Shown: piece by piece, positions 9,788 to 19,303 of the stretch | How positions within the stretch are numbered: the stretch's first letter is position 1 | Layout: each line of letters opens with the position of its first letter | IMG/VR virus record: IMGVR_UViG_3300029210_000007 | Span: 4,261-68,260 of that record | Direction: 5' to 3' (one strand) | Length of the DNA stretch: 64,000 bases | Origin: a virus | Position numbers and translations under genes: made by a program | The notes under the pieces: generated by a model | What the model was told of the DNA's origin: nothing | Databases searched by the model: none | What the model saw: only the letters and a program-made list of their open reading frames with translations

Positions 9788-10621
9788 ATGTTAAAAGCAA
9801 TAAATATTAAATGGGACACAGATAATAAGGAAACATTACAGGATTTACCAAAGGAAATGGTAATCCCTTACGATTTAGAAGTTAATTACAACCCAGATGA
9901 CCCATATCAAGAAGAAATTTCAGATTGGTTGTCTGATAAAGTTGGATTTTGTCATGAGGGGTTTGAGTTAGAAAAGGGAAATTTTGAACAAATTTTAAAC
10001 GACCTTAAAACAATGACATTTCAAGATGTTGTAAATAAATACAATGACTTATATCAATTTGAAATCCCTGTAGAATGCGAGGATAACATTGTTTATGATG
10101 ACGAAGATTTGTATGAATTTCTTGAATTATTTGATGCAGAAATTGCTGACTATGAGGATAATTTTGTAATTATAGTTACATCTGATAAATCTGATAAAAA
10201 ATACTATAAAGTACCTTCTGAAGATGCTGAGAATCGTTTTGGTGAGGATAGGGCAGACGAAATTCTTTTATTCTTCGATAAAATAGAAGAAATAGCTTCG
10301 CCGAATATATTTTCTCTTCGCATATGTAAGTTTGAAATTTTAAACTGTATTGAAAAACACGAAAACTATGATAGTTGGGGAGACGCTGAGTATGGAAATG
10401 AAGAGAAAGCTGTTGACTACAATCTCTGCATTGACAATAGTGCAGAAAACACAGAGTACAATAGTGCTTTCTATCGAATATTTAAAAACGAAAAAGGTCT
10501 TTGGGAACACGATAAATTGAAAGATTGTTACCCATATGAGATAGACTTTTCGGATGAATATTGGACAGTCAAACTAAAAGAAGCTGCTAAAAAAGCATAT
10601 AAAGAATTGTGGAAGGAGTGA
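9788..10621 (+). CDS. hypothetical protein with central domain paralogous to 7536..7874
   Basis: GGAGTGA RBS; 277 aa. Confidence 0.65.
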   Translation: MLKAINIKWDTDNKETLQDLPKEMVIPYDLEVNYNPDDPYQEEISDWLSDKVGFCHEGFELEKGNFEQILNDLKTMTFQDVVNKYNDLYQFEIPVECEDNIVYDDEDLYEFLELFDAEIADYEDNFVIIVTSDKSDKKYYKVPSEDAENRFGEDRADEILLFFDKIEEIASPNIFSLRICKFEILNCIEKHENYDSWGDAEYGNEEKAVDYNLCIDNSAENTEYNSAFYRIFKNEKGLWEHDKLKDCYPYEIDFSDEYWTVKLKEAAKKAYKELWKE

Positions 10622-10627
10622 TGAGAT

Positions 10628-11032
10628 ATGAAGTTTAAATGGAATTTGCAGCCAGAGTTTCAGAGATATAAGGCAGAACAACATGTATATATAAATGAAG
10701 AAGGAAGTGGAGAGTATATTGGGAACGTAAGAGTTGGGAATCTTTGCTTTGATATTATTGATTGGGGAAATCACTTATGGTTTGACTTGTACGTTGGTGG
10801 TGTTGATACAGGATATGGATATGGGGCTGATAAATATCCGTATGATTATTGTGATGTCGCAAGTTTTTCATGGAATGACGACTTAACAAATGTATCTGAT
10901 GATGATTTCAAAAAGGAACTGGAAGAATATATTGAAGAACATATCAATGCAATGGAAGATTATGTGACAGACTTTAAAGCAATTCCAGTTAGTTTGATTG
11001 ATAAGGCAAATGAAGAGTTAAGGGAGTGGTAA
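10628..11032 (+). CDS. acidic hypothetical protein
   Basis: GGAAGGAGTGA RBS. Confidence 0.65.
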   Translation: MKFKWNLQPEFQRYKAEQHVYINEEGSGEYIGNVRVGNLCFDIIDWGNHLWFDLYVGGVDTGYGYGADKYPYDYCDVASFSWNDDLTNVSDDDFKKELEEYIEEHINAMEDYVTDFKAIPVSLIDKANEELREW

Positions 11033-11034
11033 TT

Positions 11035-11253
11035 ATGAATGTTAAAAGATTATATGGTTATTCCGTAAAGGATTTAGCAACAGGAATTGTTATTGCTGAT
11101 AGTGTGGAAGAAGCAAGAGAAAAAGTAAAAACTGCATACAATGCACATTCTAATGAATTTAATGCTAAAACAGATTGGATTGAAATATGGAAATTGGATG
11201 AAAATTCATGGTTTGAAGATCATCCAGATGTGTTGGAAGTATTGGATTATTAG
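11035..11253 (+). CDS. hypothetical protein
   Basis: GGGAGTGG RBS before ATG 11035. Confidence 0.55.
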   Translation: MNVKRLYGYSVKDLATGIVIADSVEEAREKVKTAYNAHSNEFNAKTDWIEIWKLDENSWFEDHPDVLEVLDY

Positions 11254-11291
11254 ATTGAATCAAGAGTTTCTTTGGAAGAATGGAGGGTTTT

Positions 11292-11525
11292 ATGACACGA
11301 TTAGAAATTATTAAGTGTGAAAAATTAGCGGAAGAAGCTATACAAAATGCAAATAATTCTAAAAAAGAATTTGAAGAAGCGGCACGATGTTATGATACAA
11401 CAGAACGACATATTTTGGAAACAAAGGCACAGAATCACAGAGGATACGCAGAGGGTATTATTCAAGCTCTTAATGTGATTGGTTTCAAAAATGAAATTAT
11501 GGAAAAGTTAAATAAATTACTTTGA
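11292..11525 (+). CDS. hypothetical protein
   Basis: GGAGGG RBS before ATG 11292. Confidence 0.55.
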   Translation: MTRLEIIKCEKLAEEAIQNANNSKKEFEEAARCYDTTERHILETKAQNHRGYAEGIIQALNVIGFKNEIMEKLNKLL

Positions 11526-11554
11526 AATGAGGATTTCAAAAGGAAGGTGAAATT

Positions 11555-11776
11555 ATGAGTCAAAGCAATTATGAAAAATACGCAGTAGTTAAACAGCAGG
11601 AATTATTACACAAGGAAAGAAATTTGCGGCAAGCTATTAGTTGTCTTAGAGACAGAAGAAAATTTGCTTCGTTGCAATCTATTGATAGTGCAATAGATTT
11701 TGTTGCTGATTTATATGATTTGTCTATTGATGAAGTTAAAAGAGCAATGGATGGAGAAGAATATTGGTGTGTATAA
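11555..11776 (+). CDS. hypothetical protein
   Basis: AAGGAAGGTGA RBS. Confidence 0.6.
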   Translation: MSQSNYEKYAVVKQQELLHKERNLRQAISCLRDRRKFASLQSIDSAIDFVADLYDLSIDEVKRAMDGEEYWCV

Positions 11777-11826
11777 TCCGATGAAACGATGATTTAGATA
11801 ACTTTTTATTTAAAGAGGTGAAGTAA

Positions 11827-12249
11827 ATGAAAATAACTATTACTTATAAATTATATACTGATGGCGATTACTGGTTGCGAAATGCTGATAAATTTGGCTG
11901 TACGGATAAAGAAGTAATAATAGATGATGATGAATATTATGATTTTATTGATTTTGATAAGGGAATAGCAATACCTAGCCGTAGTTATTATGATTATATC
12001 GGTTCAGTAGAATTTATAGACAAAGAAGACTGGATTTGTAAAGATGATGCAAAAGATTTTCTGTGGGAGTTTTTATGCGATGGTATACATATATCATATA
12101 CTCATTATTGGTTGCTTGAAATGTTTTATAAAGTTATGGAGTCCTTAACAGAATTTATTGATAGTTACAAATCTGGAACGTCCGTATCTAAAAAATATTT
12201 ACAAGGAAATTGGAGAAATACAGAAATTAAGGTTGAAATAACAGAATAA
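11827..12249 (+). CDS. hypothetical protein
   Basis: AAAGAGGTGA RBS; 140 aa. Confidence 0.65.
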   Translation: MKITITYKLYTDGDYWLRNADKFGCTDKEVIIDDDEYYDFIDFDKGIAIPSRSYYDYIGSVEFIDKEDWICKDDAKDFLWEFLCDGIHISYTHYWLLEMFYKVMESLTEFIDSYKSGTSVSKKYLQGNWRNTEIKVEITE

Positions 12250-12279
12250 ATTAGTGTTTTAAATAGAAAGGTTGATTAT

Positions 12280-12537
12280 ATGACTATACGAAAAGAATAT
12301 GAACTCAATAGAAAGTGGGTTACAGATGATATTGGAGAAAATGTTGGAGAAACAAACTTTGTTATTACTGAAGAATTCTTATTATTACATTGGAAAGAAT
12401 GTCCTAATTATAACAATGAAGAAAATATCGAAGATTTTTTAGAAACATATGTTCCAGAAGAAGATGGGCAATATTTATATGATTTAGTAAAAGATACAGG
12501 AAATTTAATTGAAGATATTGGGCAGGTTCTTTATTAG
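12280..12537 (+). CDS. acidic hypothetical protein
   Basis: GAAAGGTTGA RBS. Confidence 0.6.
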   Translation: MTIRKEYELNRKWVTDDIGENVGETNFVITEEFLLLHWKECPNYNNEENIEDFLETYVPEEDGQYLYDLVKDTGNLIEDIGQVLY

Positions 12538-12666
12538 TTATAATAATAGAGAACAAGAGATTTAGACAGGAGAAATTATGAAACATATAAAATTAATTAA
12601 GAAAATTTGTGAAGCATTTTTATTTTTTCTAATGGGAAATTTCAAAACAAGAAAGAGGGATAAATT

Positions 12667-13050
12667 ATGAGTCAATGGACACATGTAGCGGCAGTTTTTA
12701 GATTGGATAGCTTTGACAAAATTTCGGATGAAGACATAAAAAAGGTTTTTGGTAAAGAAGTGAATTTCTATCAATTATTCAATTATGACGAAGCGGATGA
12801 TACAAAAACATTACCCATGGGAAGTGAAAGCACATTAAAAATGAGTATTTGGCATAATCCAGATAGTAGTTATATGGCTTCTACAACAGTATCTGTCTTT
12901 GGAGATTTAAGAGATTATGGTGGAAGTGATATAGAAAAACTGAAAGAATGGTTTAATGAATGTTGTAGTAAATTTATGGTAAGACAAGCAATAATGCAAG
13001 TAATTGATGATTATGTAAATGAACCATTGGTAATGCAATATGTAAGGTAA
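12667..13050 (+). CDS. hypothetical protein
   Basis: AAGAGGGA RBS; 127 aa. Confidence 0.65.
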   Translation: MSQWTHVAAVFRLDSFDKISDEDIKKVFGKEVNFYQLFNYDEADDTKTLPMGSESTLKMSIWHNPDSSYMASTTVSVFGDLRDYGGSDIEKLKEWFNECCSKFMVRQAIMQVIDDYVNEPLVMQYVR

Positions 13051-13089
13051 TAAGAATGAAAAATTCAAATCAGATTGGAGGTAAATAAG

Positions 13090-13224
13090 ATGGCAAAATT
13101 TAGAGTTGTGTATGAGTCAACAGATTATGTATATTTAGATGTAGAAGCTGATTCATTAGAGGAAGCAAAAAGTATTGCAGAACAGGCAGATGGTGGAGAA
13201 TTCACTGAAAATGGCTTTGATTGA
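13090..13224 (+). CDS. small acidic protein (44 aa)
   Basis: TGGAGGT RBS; below track cutoff. Confidence 0.45.
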   Translation: MAKFRVVYESTDYVYLDVEADSLEEAKSIAEQADGGEFTENGFD

Positions 13225-13263
13225 TTAAAGCAAATGGAAAGCATATTTGTTAGGAGGTAAAAT

Positions 13264-13542
13264 ATGAAACTTGGGGATATTTATGTAAATAAAGAAGATA
13301 ATAAATCTATTATTCAGATTGATAGTTTTGCAGCTCATATGGCAAAATTTGAGAAGGATATAATTATTATCTTTAAACAGATAGAAAAACATAACGAATT
13401 TGAGATAGGTAGTTGTCCTAGCTTTAATGGATATGGAACAAAAGAAGAAATTGAAAAAGAGTATGAGTTAGTAGTTCCACAAGAAAAATTAGATGAATAC
13501 GATGATTGGAACGAAATATTTGAATTGGTAAACAACAGATGA
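13264..13542 (+). CDS. hypothetical protein
   Basis: TAGGAGGT RBS. Confidence 0.65.
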   Translation: MKLGDIYVNKEDNKSIIQIDSFAAHMAKFEKDIIIIFKQIEKHNEFEIGSCPSFNGYGTKEEIEKEYELVVPQEKLDEYDDWNEIFELVNNR

Positions 13543-13570
13543 AAACCGCATTTAGTTAGGAGGTATAAAT

Positions 13571-13984
13571 ATGATAACATTAAAAGAATTGATGGAGATA
13601 CAGAAATTGAAAGGAGAATATGAGTCAACGGACATTCAAATTATACAAGAATTTTTTGAATTAAACAATTTAGAAGAAGATGCAATAGATTTAATAAGCC
13701 AATTAACAAAATCAAAAATAAATAAAATAAAAAAGAAATATAAAATGGCAGAAACTTGGGTTTGTCTTTTACCATCAAAATATTTATATGAACATTATGA
13801 TTTAGATATAGCAGAACATCTTCATAAGTTGGAGTTAGATTTTCTAATGAATGGTGGAAAACTTTCGTTGAGTCGATTTGAATGGGCAAAGGAAAACATA
13901 CCAAACATAAAAATGCCACAAGCATATTTTGCTCCATTAATTGATTGGTTAGAAGATAGGGAAATTAAATTTAAAAACAATTAA
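13571..13984 (+). CDS. hypothetical protein
   Basis: TAGGAGGT RBS. Confidence 0.65.
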   Translation: MITLKELMEIQKLKGEYESTDIQIIQEFFELNNLEEDAIDLISQLTKSKINKIKKKYKMAETWVCLLPSKYLYEHYDLDIAEHLHKLELDFLMNGGKLSLSRFEWAKENIPNIKMPQAYFAPLIDWLEDREIKFKNN

Positions 13985-14017
13985 AGTTTTTATCTGTTTT
14001 AGAAAAGAGGAGTAGTC

Positions 14018-14152
14018 GTGTCAAACATATATGATAAAAATACAAAAAAGTGGTTTAGAAATAATATTAATTCTCAGACCACAGTATGTAAATGTGATAA
14101 ATGTGGATTATTTTATAAACCACATTTGAATCATAAATGCAATAAGAAATAA
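14018..14152 (+). CDS. small zinc-ribbon protein (CKCDKCG...C)
   Basis: AAGAGGAG RBS, GTG start; 44 aa. Confidence 0.4.
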   Translation: MSNIYDKNTKKWFRNNINSQTTVCKCDKCGLFYKPHLNHKCNKK

Positions 14153-14174
14153 TGTATACAAAGGAGGAATAAAT

Positions 14175-14552
14175 ATGTTGTTAGTACAGCTCAAATGTGA
14201 AGAAGATAATTTGGTTGTTAATTTAGAAGTAGGTGTTAAGCCTACAATTGGAGATACAATTCATGTTAAAGGAAAGAGTTATATAGTTGATAAAGTAATA
14301 TGGTGTATAGAAGAATTTCCTGGACAATCAGGGATATTAGCCTATATTAAAAGAGAAAAAGATACTTCTTTTGAAGATAATAATAAAAATATTAGGATTG
14401 ATTGCGAATTAGGGAATGGACACACAAAACGTGAATCTGTACGTGGTTATTGTAAAACATTTCCGTTTCCTTATATAGTGTCATTTAATGAGGAAGGGAA
14501 ATATGAAGTAATAATCAAAGGAATAAAAGCGATTGCAAGAAAACTTGAATAA
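14175..14552 (+). CDS. hypothetical protein
   Basis: AAAGGAGG RBS. Confidence 0.65.
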   Translation: MLLVQLKCEEDNLVVNLEVGVKPTIGDTIHVKGKSYIVDKVIWCIEEFPGQSGILAYIKREKDTSFEDNNKNIRIDCELGNGHTKRESVRGYCKTFPFPYIVSFNEEGKYEVIIKGIKAIARKLE

Positions 14553-14577
14553 TTTTATTTTGAAAAAGAGGGAAATT

Positions 14578-14766
14578 ATGAGATGGAAAAAGCAAATAAA
14601 AATTGAGCCTTGTTACGGAGAGTTAAGGCGTTCTACTGTATTTGCATGGTTACCAATTAGGTGTGAAAATGGTGATTGTGCATGGTTAGAAAAGGTAAAT
14701 TTAGTTGAAGAATATACAATCGATTCTTCAGGATTTGGTCATTGGGTTAATAAGGAGTTTGAATAA
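14578..14766 (+). CDS. small Cys-containing protein
   Basis: AAGAGGGA RBS before ATG 14578 (in frame with track ORF 14533). Confidence 0.5.
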   Translation: MRWKKQIKIEPCYGELRRSTVFAWLPIRCENGDCAWLEKVNLVEEYTIDSSGFGHWVNKEFE

Positions 14767-14805
14767 AACAGAGTTGTATATAAAAATCTAAAACGAAAGG
14801 TTAAA

Positions 14806-14976
14806 ATGGTGATGGTTATGGATAATAAAGAAAAGGATTTATTAAAAAGAATTTCAGACTTATGTTATCAATCTTCTGAAGAAATTTACGATGACAGCAA
14901 AGAAAACGGAACTGGTGGTATTTTGAATTTGTGTGACCAGTTATATGAGAAAATTGATAAATATTTAGAGGGATAA
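14806..14976 (+). CDS. small hypothetical protein (56 aa)
   Basis: GAAAGG RBS. Confidence 0.4.
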   Translation: MVMVMDNKEKDLLKRISDLCYQSSEEIYDDSKENGTGGILNLCDQLYEKIDKYLEG

Positions 14977-15089
14977 TATGTTTAATGAAACTCATATTTC
15001 ATAAAGAGGTTAGAAAAAATTCTAATCTCTTTTTTAGTACCAATTATGGTACTACATAAATGATATTATATAAGAAAGGAAGAGATTAT

Positions 15090-15239
15090 ATGATGATAAA
15101 CTTAAATTTTACCTTGTCTTCTGTAGACGCAGATAGATTATTGAGGTATAAAGAAAAAGATAAATGTTTACATTTATCTACTAATGATTACGCAAAGAAA
15201 TTATTAGAAGATGAATTGTTTAAAAAATGTTTTTACTAA
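15090..15239 (+). CDS. small hypothetical protein (49 aa)
   Basis: AAGGAAGAG RBS. Confidence 0.35.
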   Translation: MMINLNFTLSSVDADRLLRYKEKDKCLHLSTNDYAKKLLEDELFKKCFY

Positions 15240-15296
15240 AAGATTGTTTTTAATCGTTAATTATGTTATTATAAAAATAAAAAGGAGAGATTATTA

Positions 15297-15431
15297 TGTT
15301 GATTGATTTAATTAGCTGTGCAATTGGGTTATTTGTGGTGTTTGGTATTCCATCACTATTAGACAAAAAAGCATCTGAACAAAGAAGCAGAGATTTAGAA
15401 GAGGAGTTCAGAAAAAGAGAGAACTATTAAA
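15297..15431 (+). CDS. small membrane protein (44 aa)
   Basis: AAAAGGAGAG RBS; hydrophobic N-terminus. Confidence 0.4.
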
Positions 15432-15449
15432 TTTAAGGAGGTGAGTGAT

Positions 15450-15872
15450 ATGAAAAGAATAGAACTTAGAAAAGCAAGTATAGAAATCCCATACAGAGAT
15501 AGAAAAGAAATAAAAGAAGGTGTCACTCTTTTGGACGATACTCCAGTTTCAGAATTAATTGAAAGTTTTAACGAAAACGAGGAAGATAAAGCTAAAAAGA
15601 GATTAAATGAATACAAAACAAGTATATCTGAATTATCTAGGGCAAACAGAACATATTACCTCGTAGAGGAATATTATCTGGAAGAAAATAAATATGATGA
15701 AGATGGTGAGTGGCTTTCTGGTGGAGAAATCTCTGATTATTCAAAGATTTGTATTAGTCTTGTAGAGACACCATCTTATAAGACTTTAGGAACTTACGAT
15801 AATATGGCTAATGCTGTAGATGCTATGAACCAATACGATGAAGATGATTCAGAGGTTTATTTAAGTTTTTAG
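15450..15872 (+). CDS. acidic hypothetical protein
   Basis: AAGGAGGTGA RBS before ATG 15450. Confidence 0.6.
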   Translation: MKRIELRKASIEIPYRDRKEIKEGVTLLDDTPVSELIESFNENEEDKAKKRLNEYKTSISELSRANRTYYLVEEYYLEENKYDEDGEWLSGGEISDYSKICISLVETPSYKTLGTYDNMANAVDAMNQYDEDDSEVYLSF

Positions 15873-15884
15873 AAACAAATAGAA

Positions 15885-15909
15885 AAGACGAGGTTTTATA
15901 CCTCGTCTT
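15885..15909. terminator. stable hairpin AAGACGAGG-N7-CCTCGTCTT; T-tract lies on the minus side
   Basis: perfect 9-bp inverted repeat. Confidence 0.45.
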
Positions 15910-15986
15910 GCAAATACTGTAGGTCTTTCCTACTTTTAGTCATCTACAATAGTAGAAATTAGTAGTGTAAACTACACTTACATTAT

Positions 15987-16018
15987 ATCTTGCCCTTTTC
16001 AATTTGTCAAGGGCTTTT
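15987..16018 (+). terminator. rho-independent terminator-like hairpin
   Basis: GCCCTT-loop-AAGGGC followed by TTTT. Confidence 0.45.
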
Positions 16019-16059
16019 AAAAAATTAATAAAATTGTTTGTTTTAAGGAGGTAATCAAT

Positions 16060-16676
16060 ATGGAAGATATAAAAACAATGTTAACTAAAGAACAACAAGA
16101 ATTAGTAGATAAAATTTATGATTATCAACTAGAATTATATTGTCGAAGGGATGCAATTTTTATGTGCCCTGATGAAGAGGATAAGAAGTTTTTTAATTTC
16201 TTTATTGATGAACATTTCTGTGGTCACTCTAGGGAAAAAAATGCGTTGATATGTGTGAAGAGGTAGGACTGCCTAAACCTAATTTCATCTGTGATTCAAA
16301 TTCGCTACTTTTTTGCTGGGAATATGACGAACTTGAACCCGAGGAAAAAGAAGAGTGGGAAAGAAAAGCAGAAGAAGAAAATAAAAATAACGATGAGCTA
16401 GGGAAACATTACGCATTTAGATGTACAGGTAGAGATATGTGGCTAAATGAGGGAGATGAACGTAAGTGGTATGATGAAGCTTTTGATAAAATATATCATG
16501 GAATAGATTCTTATTTTGAGCAATTGGAAGAAAAATACGATTATTATATAGAGGATACTTATGATGAATTAGAGGAAAAACTTGAAGAAACTATCTTTAA
16601 TTTTTTTGAAAAGGAAAAGATTAAAGTGTCAAAAAGAGACATTATAAAAATGATAGATGGTTTAGATTTGGACTAA
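16060..16676 (+). CDS. acidic hypothetical protein encoded in two overlapping frames (16060..16266 and 16251..16676) joined by a -1 shift at A_AAA_AAT
   Basis: AAGGAGGT RBS at 16060; second frame has no RBS and opens immediately after an in-frame stop; slippery heptamer 16236-16242. Confidence 0.45.
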
Positions 16677-16691
16677 TAGGAGGAAATTAAT

Positions 16692-17036
16692 ATGGAAACA
16701 ATGACTTATAACGGAAATGAAATTGGTGTAGTGGTGTTATCAAATGTAGACTTCAAAGAAGCATCAAGCGTACAAGGTATAGAGATTTTATCAGAAAAAG
16801 AAATTGATTTAAAACTCTTGCCAAGCTTCTCTGTTAAATATGGCTGTACTGAATATACATATGAAAGTCCAGTAAAAGGATTGGTGTATGTATATGAGAT
16901 AATAGAAAATCGTAGAGAAGAAGGATTTGGTGCTTATATCTTTTCATCTTTAACAGGAATTGATAATCCATTAGAATTATTTAATCAGTATATAGAGAAA
17001 TTTCAAAAGGAAATATTAGGTTACACAGAAAAATAA
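16692..17036 (+). CDS. hypothetical protein
   Basis: TAGGAGGA RBS. Confidence 0.65.
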   Translation: METMTYNGNEIGVVVLSNVDFKEASSVQGIEILSEKEIDLKLLPSFSVKYGCTEYTYESPVKGLVYVYEIIENRREEGFGAYIFSSLTGIDNPLELFNQYIEKFQKEILGYTEK

Positions 17037-17111
17037 GAGATTTAATAATTATAAGTCTATTATGTAATAACATAGTGGACTTATGTTATAATTAGAAGGG
17101 AGATGTACATT

Positions 17112-18047
17112 ATGGCAGTAGCTTGGGCAAAAATCACATGTGAAAAATGTGGAAAAACTTTTAATTGGAGAAAAGATTGCGCAAATAGACAATCAGCAGA
17201 TTCAGCGGTAGAATGGGCAAAAAACGGAGGTGTGACAATATGTCCTGAATGTTATGGGAAACAAATGGCTGAAAAAAGAAAGAAAAGAATCAAAGAGGAA
17301 AACGAAAAGGCTGATGTGTTAACACAAGAATATAAATTACCAGAACTTTCAGGCTCAGAAAAACAAAAAACATGGGCTAATACTATTAGAATAAGTTTCT
17401 TAGAAACATGTGACGAATTAAACAAAATTCTTGTAGATAACAAAGAGACAAGAGAAAAGGAGTTTAAAGAAGTTATACAAAGTGAAACTGAAGCAAAATT
17501 TTGGATTGATGGAAGAAACAAAAAACTTGATGATTTAATCAGAGATTCTATAATAGAAAGAAAAGAAAATGAAATAAAGGATGAATATGCAGAAAAAATA
17601 AAAAGCTTTCCTAAAATCAATGATTCTTTTAGAGCAAAAACAAGAGATAAGTTTTTTATTAGATTCTTAGCTTATTATAAATTATCAAAAGGTAATATAA
17701 ACGAAGACGAGATAAATGAAATAGTAGAACAAAGAACTGAAGAATCATTTTGGTTTAATATTCACAAGAGTATAGATTTTGATAATGAAAAATCAGGAAA
17801 AATTGCTTTTAGAAAACACAAAGAATTAGAAAAAAGATTAGAAGAATTAGGAGTAAAAAGACCTATTGCTCCAGAAGTTCTTAGAGGACATGTGTGGAAT
17901 CAGAGAGTATACGGAAAGGCAGGTAATTATTCTGTTTATCTTGACAAAAAACAAGTAATGATCTCTGATGAACAAGCTAAGGAGATCGAAGAATATTTAA
18001 AACAAAAAGAAAGAATATTGGGAGAAAACGAGTATAATAAGAGATGA
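17112..18047 (+). CDS. N-terminal zinc-ribbon protein with Lys/Glu-rich helical C-terminus
   Basis: GAAGGGAG RBS; CEKCG...CPEC. Confidence 0.6.
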   Translation: MAVAWAKITCEKCGKTFNWRKDCANRQSADSAVEWAKNGGVTICPECYGKQMAEKRKKRIKEENEKADVLTQEYKLPELSGSEKQKTWANTIRISFLETCDELNKILVDNKETREKEFKEVIQSETEAKFWIDGRNKKLDDLIRDSIIERKENEIKDEYAEKIKSFPKINDSFRAKTRDKFFIRFLAYYKLSKGNINEDEINEIVEQRTEESFWFNIHKSIDFDNEKSGKIAFRKHKELEKRLEELGVKRPIAPEVLRGHVWNQRVYGKAGNYSVYLDKKQVMISDEQAKEIEEYLKQKERILGENEYNKR

Positions 18048-18088
18048 ATTAATATTTAGAGAATAGAAAAATAAAGAAAGGAGACATT

Positions 18089-18232
18089 ATGGCTAAATGC
18101 TTGCTTAAAAGATTTGGTATACTAAAGGTAAATAAGTATGTTGAATATAATATACATCCAGATACACGGTTGATATATGTATACTATTTAGATGATTGGC
18201 ATACTGTACCAAAAGATGATGTTGTGTTATAA
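18089..18232 (+). CDS. small hypothetical protein (47 aa)
   Basis: AAAGGAGA RBS. Confidence 0.4.
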   Translation: MAKCLLKRFGILKVNKYVEYNIHPDTRLIYVYYLDDWHTVPKDDVVL

Positions 18233-18271
18233 TAAGATAATATAAAATATGAAAAAAGTGAGGTAATTTTT

Positions 18272-18802
18272 ATGTCAGTAAAAGGAATTTATTTTAAAAA
18301 ATTTAAAAATGTAAGCAATATATATTTAACCGATTGGGGAGAAGGGAACACAAAAGCAACACAGATTGTAACAGCAGTTTGTAAATTAATATATAAATGG
18401 TACAATGATGGTGATGTATTTGACAACACACATTATGTTGACGGTTGGCGTAATGATATATCAAGTTATGCAAATTGGTTAGACCAAAATACAGATAAGG
18501 GAAGTAAAATTTTACATAGAATTTCAAATTGTGAATGTGCTAGTGACTATGAAGATTTATTAAAAGAACTTGCAGATAACCTTCTTGATGAAGAATATTT
18601 GTTACAGCAGAACGAAATTAAAAAGGTTGGCAGTATTTATGAATGCGATGGTTCTTTTAAATTTGAAGAAAATTGGGATGATGAAGAAGACGAATATATT
18701 GATGAAGAAGATGATTTTGAATCATCTATTATTGGTTCAGTAGGTGAATTTATTGATGCTGATAGAGAATTTGACGAAGAATTTTTTGAAAGCGGTGTAT
18801 AA
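18272..18802 (+). CDS. hypothetical protein with strongly acidic C-terminal tail
   Basis: AGTGAGGT RBS; C-terminus EDEYIDEEDDFE...FDEEFFE. Confidence 0.65.
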   Translation: MSVKGIYFKKFKNVSNIYLTDWGEGNTKATQIVTAVCKLIYKWYNDGDVFDNTHYVDGWRNDISSYANWLDQNTDKGSKILHRISNCECASDYEDLLKELADNLLDEEYLLQQNEIKKVGSIYECDGSFKFEENWDDEEDEYIDEEDDFESSIIGSVGEFIDADREFDEEFFESGV

Positions 18803-19023
18803 TGTTGCGAATTAGTTCAGATATTGATAGTGTAATAAAATTTCTAAAAGAGAAAAAGAAAGAAGGATACAAGTCTGTAGAATTAGTTGATGACGAAAGA
18901 GCTAGAGGATGGGCTACTATTGATCTGGAATTCGGCACACCTGTTTTAGAATTTATATTTAACAAGAGAGAAAAAGAAGTTATAGGAATAGATGCAAGAA
19001 CAAAAGAGACTAAATATAAGTAA
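18802..19023 (+). CDS. hypothetical protein
   Basis: ATG overlaps upstream stop (TAATG). Confidence 0.5.
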   Translation: MLRISSDIDSVIKFLKEKKKEGYKSVELVDDERARGWATIDLEFGTPVLEFIFNKREKEVIGIDARTKETKYK

Positions 19024-19061
19024 ATGAAACCAAGTTTTCTTCGGGAATGGAGGAGTAGATT

Positions 19062-19280
19062 ATGATAGAGTATACAGTTAGAGAATATGATAAACAGGAT
19101 TATGAAATTCAAAAGCAAAAAATAAATGAAATGTCAAAAGATGAACTTTCTCAGGAAATCATTGGCATTGCTAGAGGTTGGTTACCAGATTATAATTACA
19201 CTGGAGAAGAAGATGATTTTGAAAATCATAGAAGGCAGATGATTATGAATAGAGTAGCAAAAATTTTGAAAGAAACCTAA
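19062..19280 (+). CDS. hypothetical protein
   Basis: TGGAGGAG RBS. Confidence 0.6.
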   Translation: MIEYTVREYDKQDYEIQKQKINEMSKDELSQEIIGIARGWLPDYNYTGEEDDFENHRRQMIMNRVAKILKET

Positions 19281-19303
19281 ATTTTGCTATGGGGGGTAGA
19301 AAA

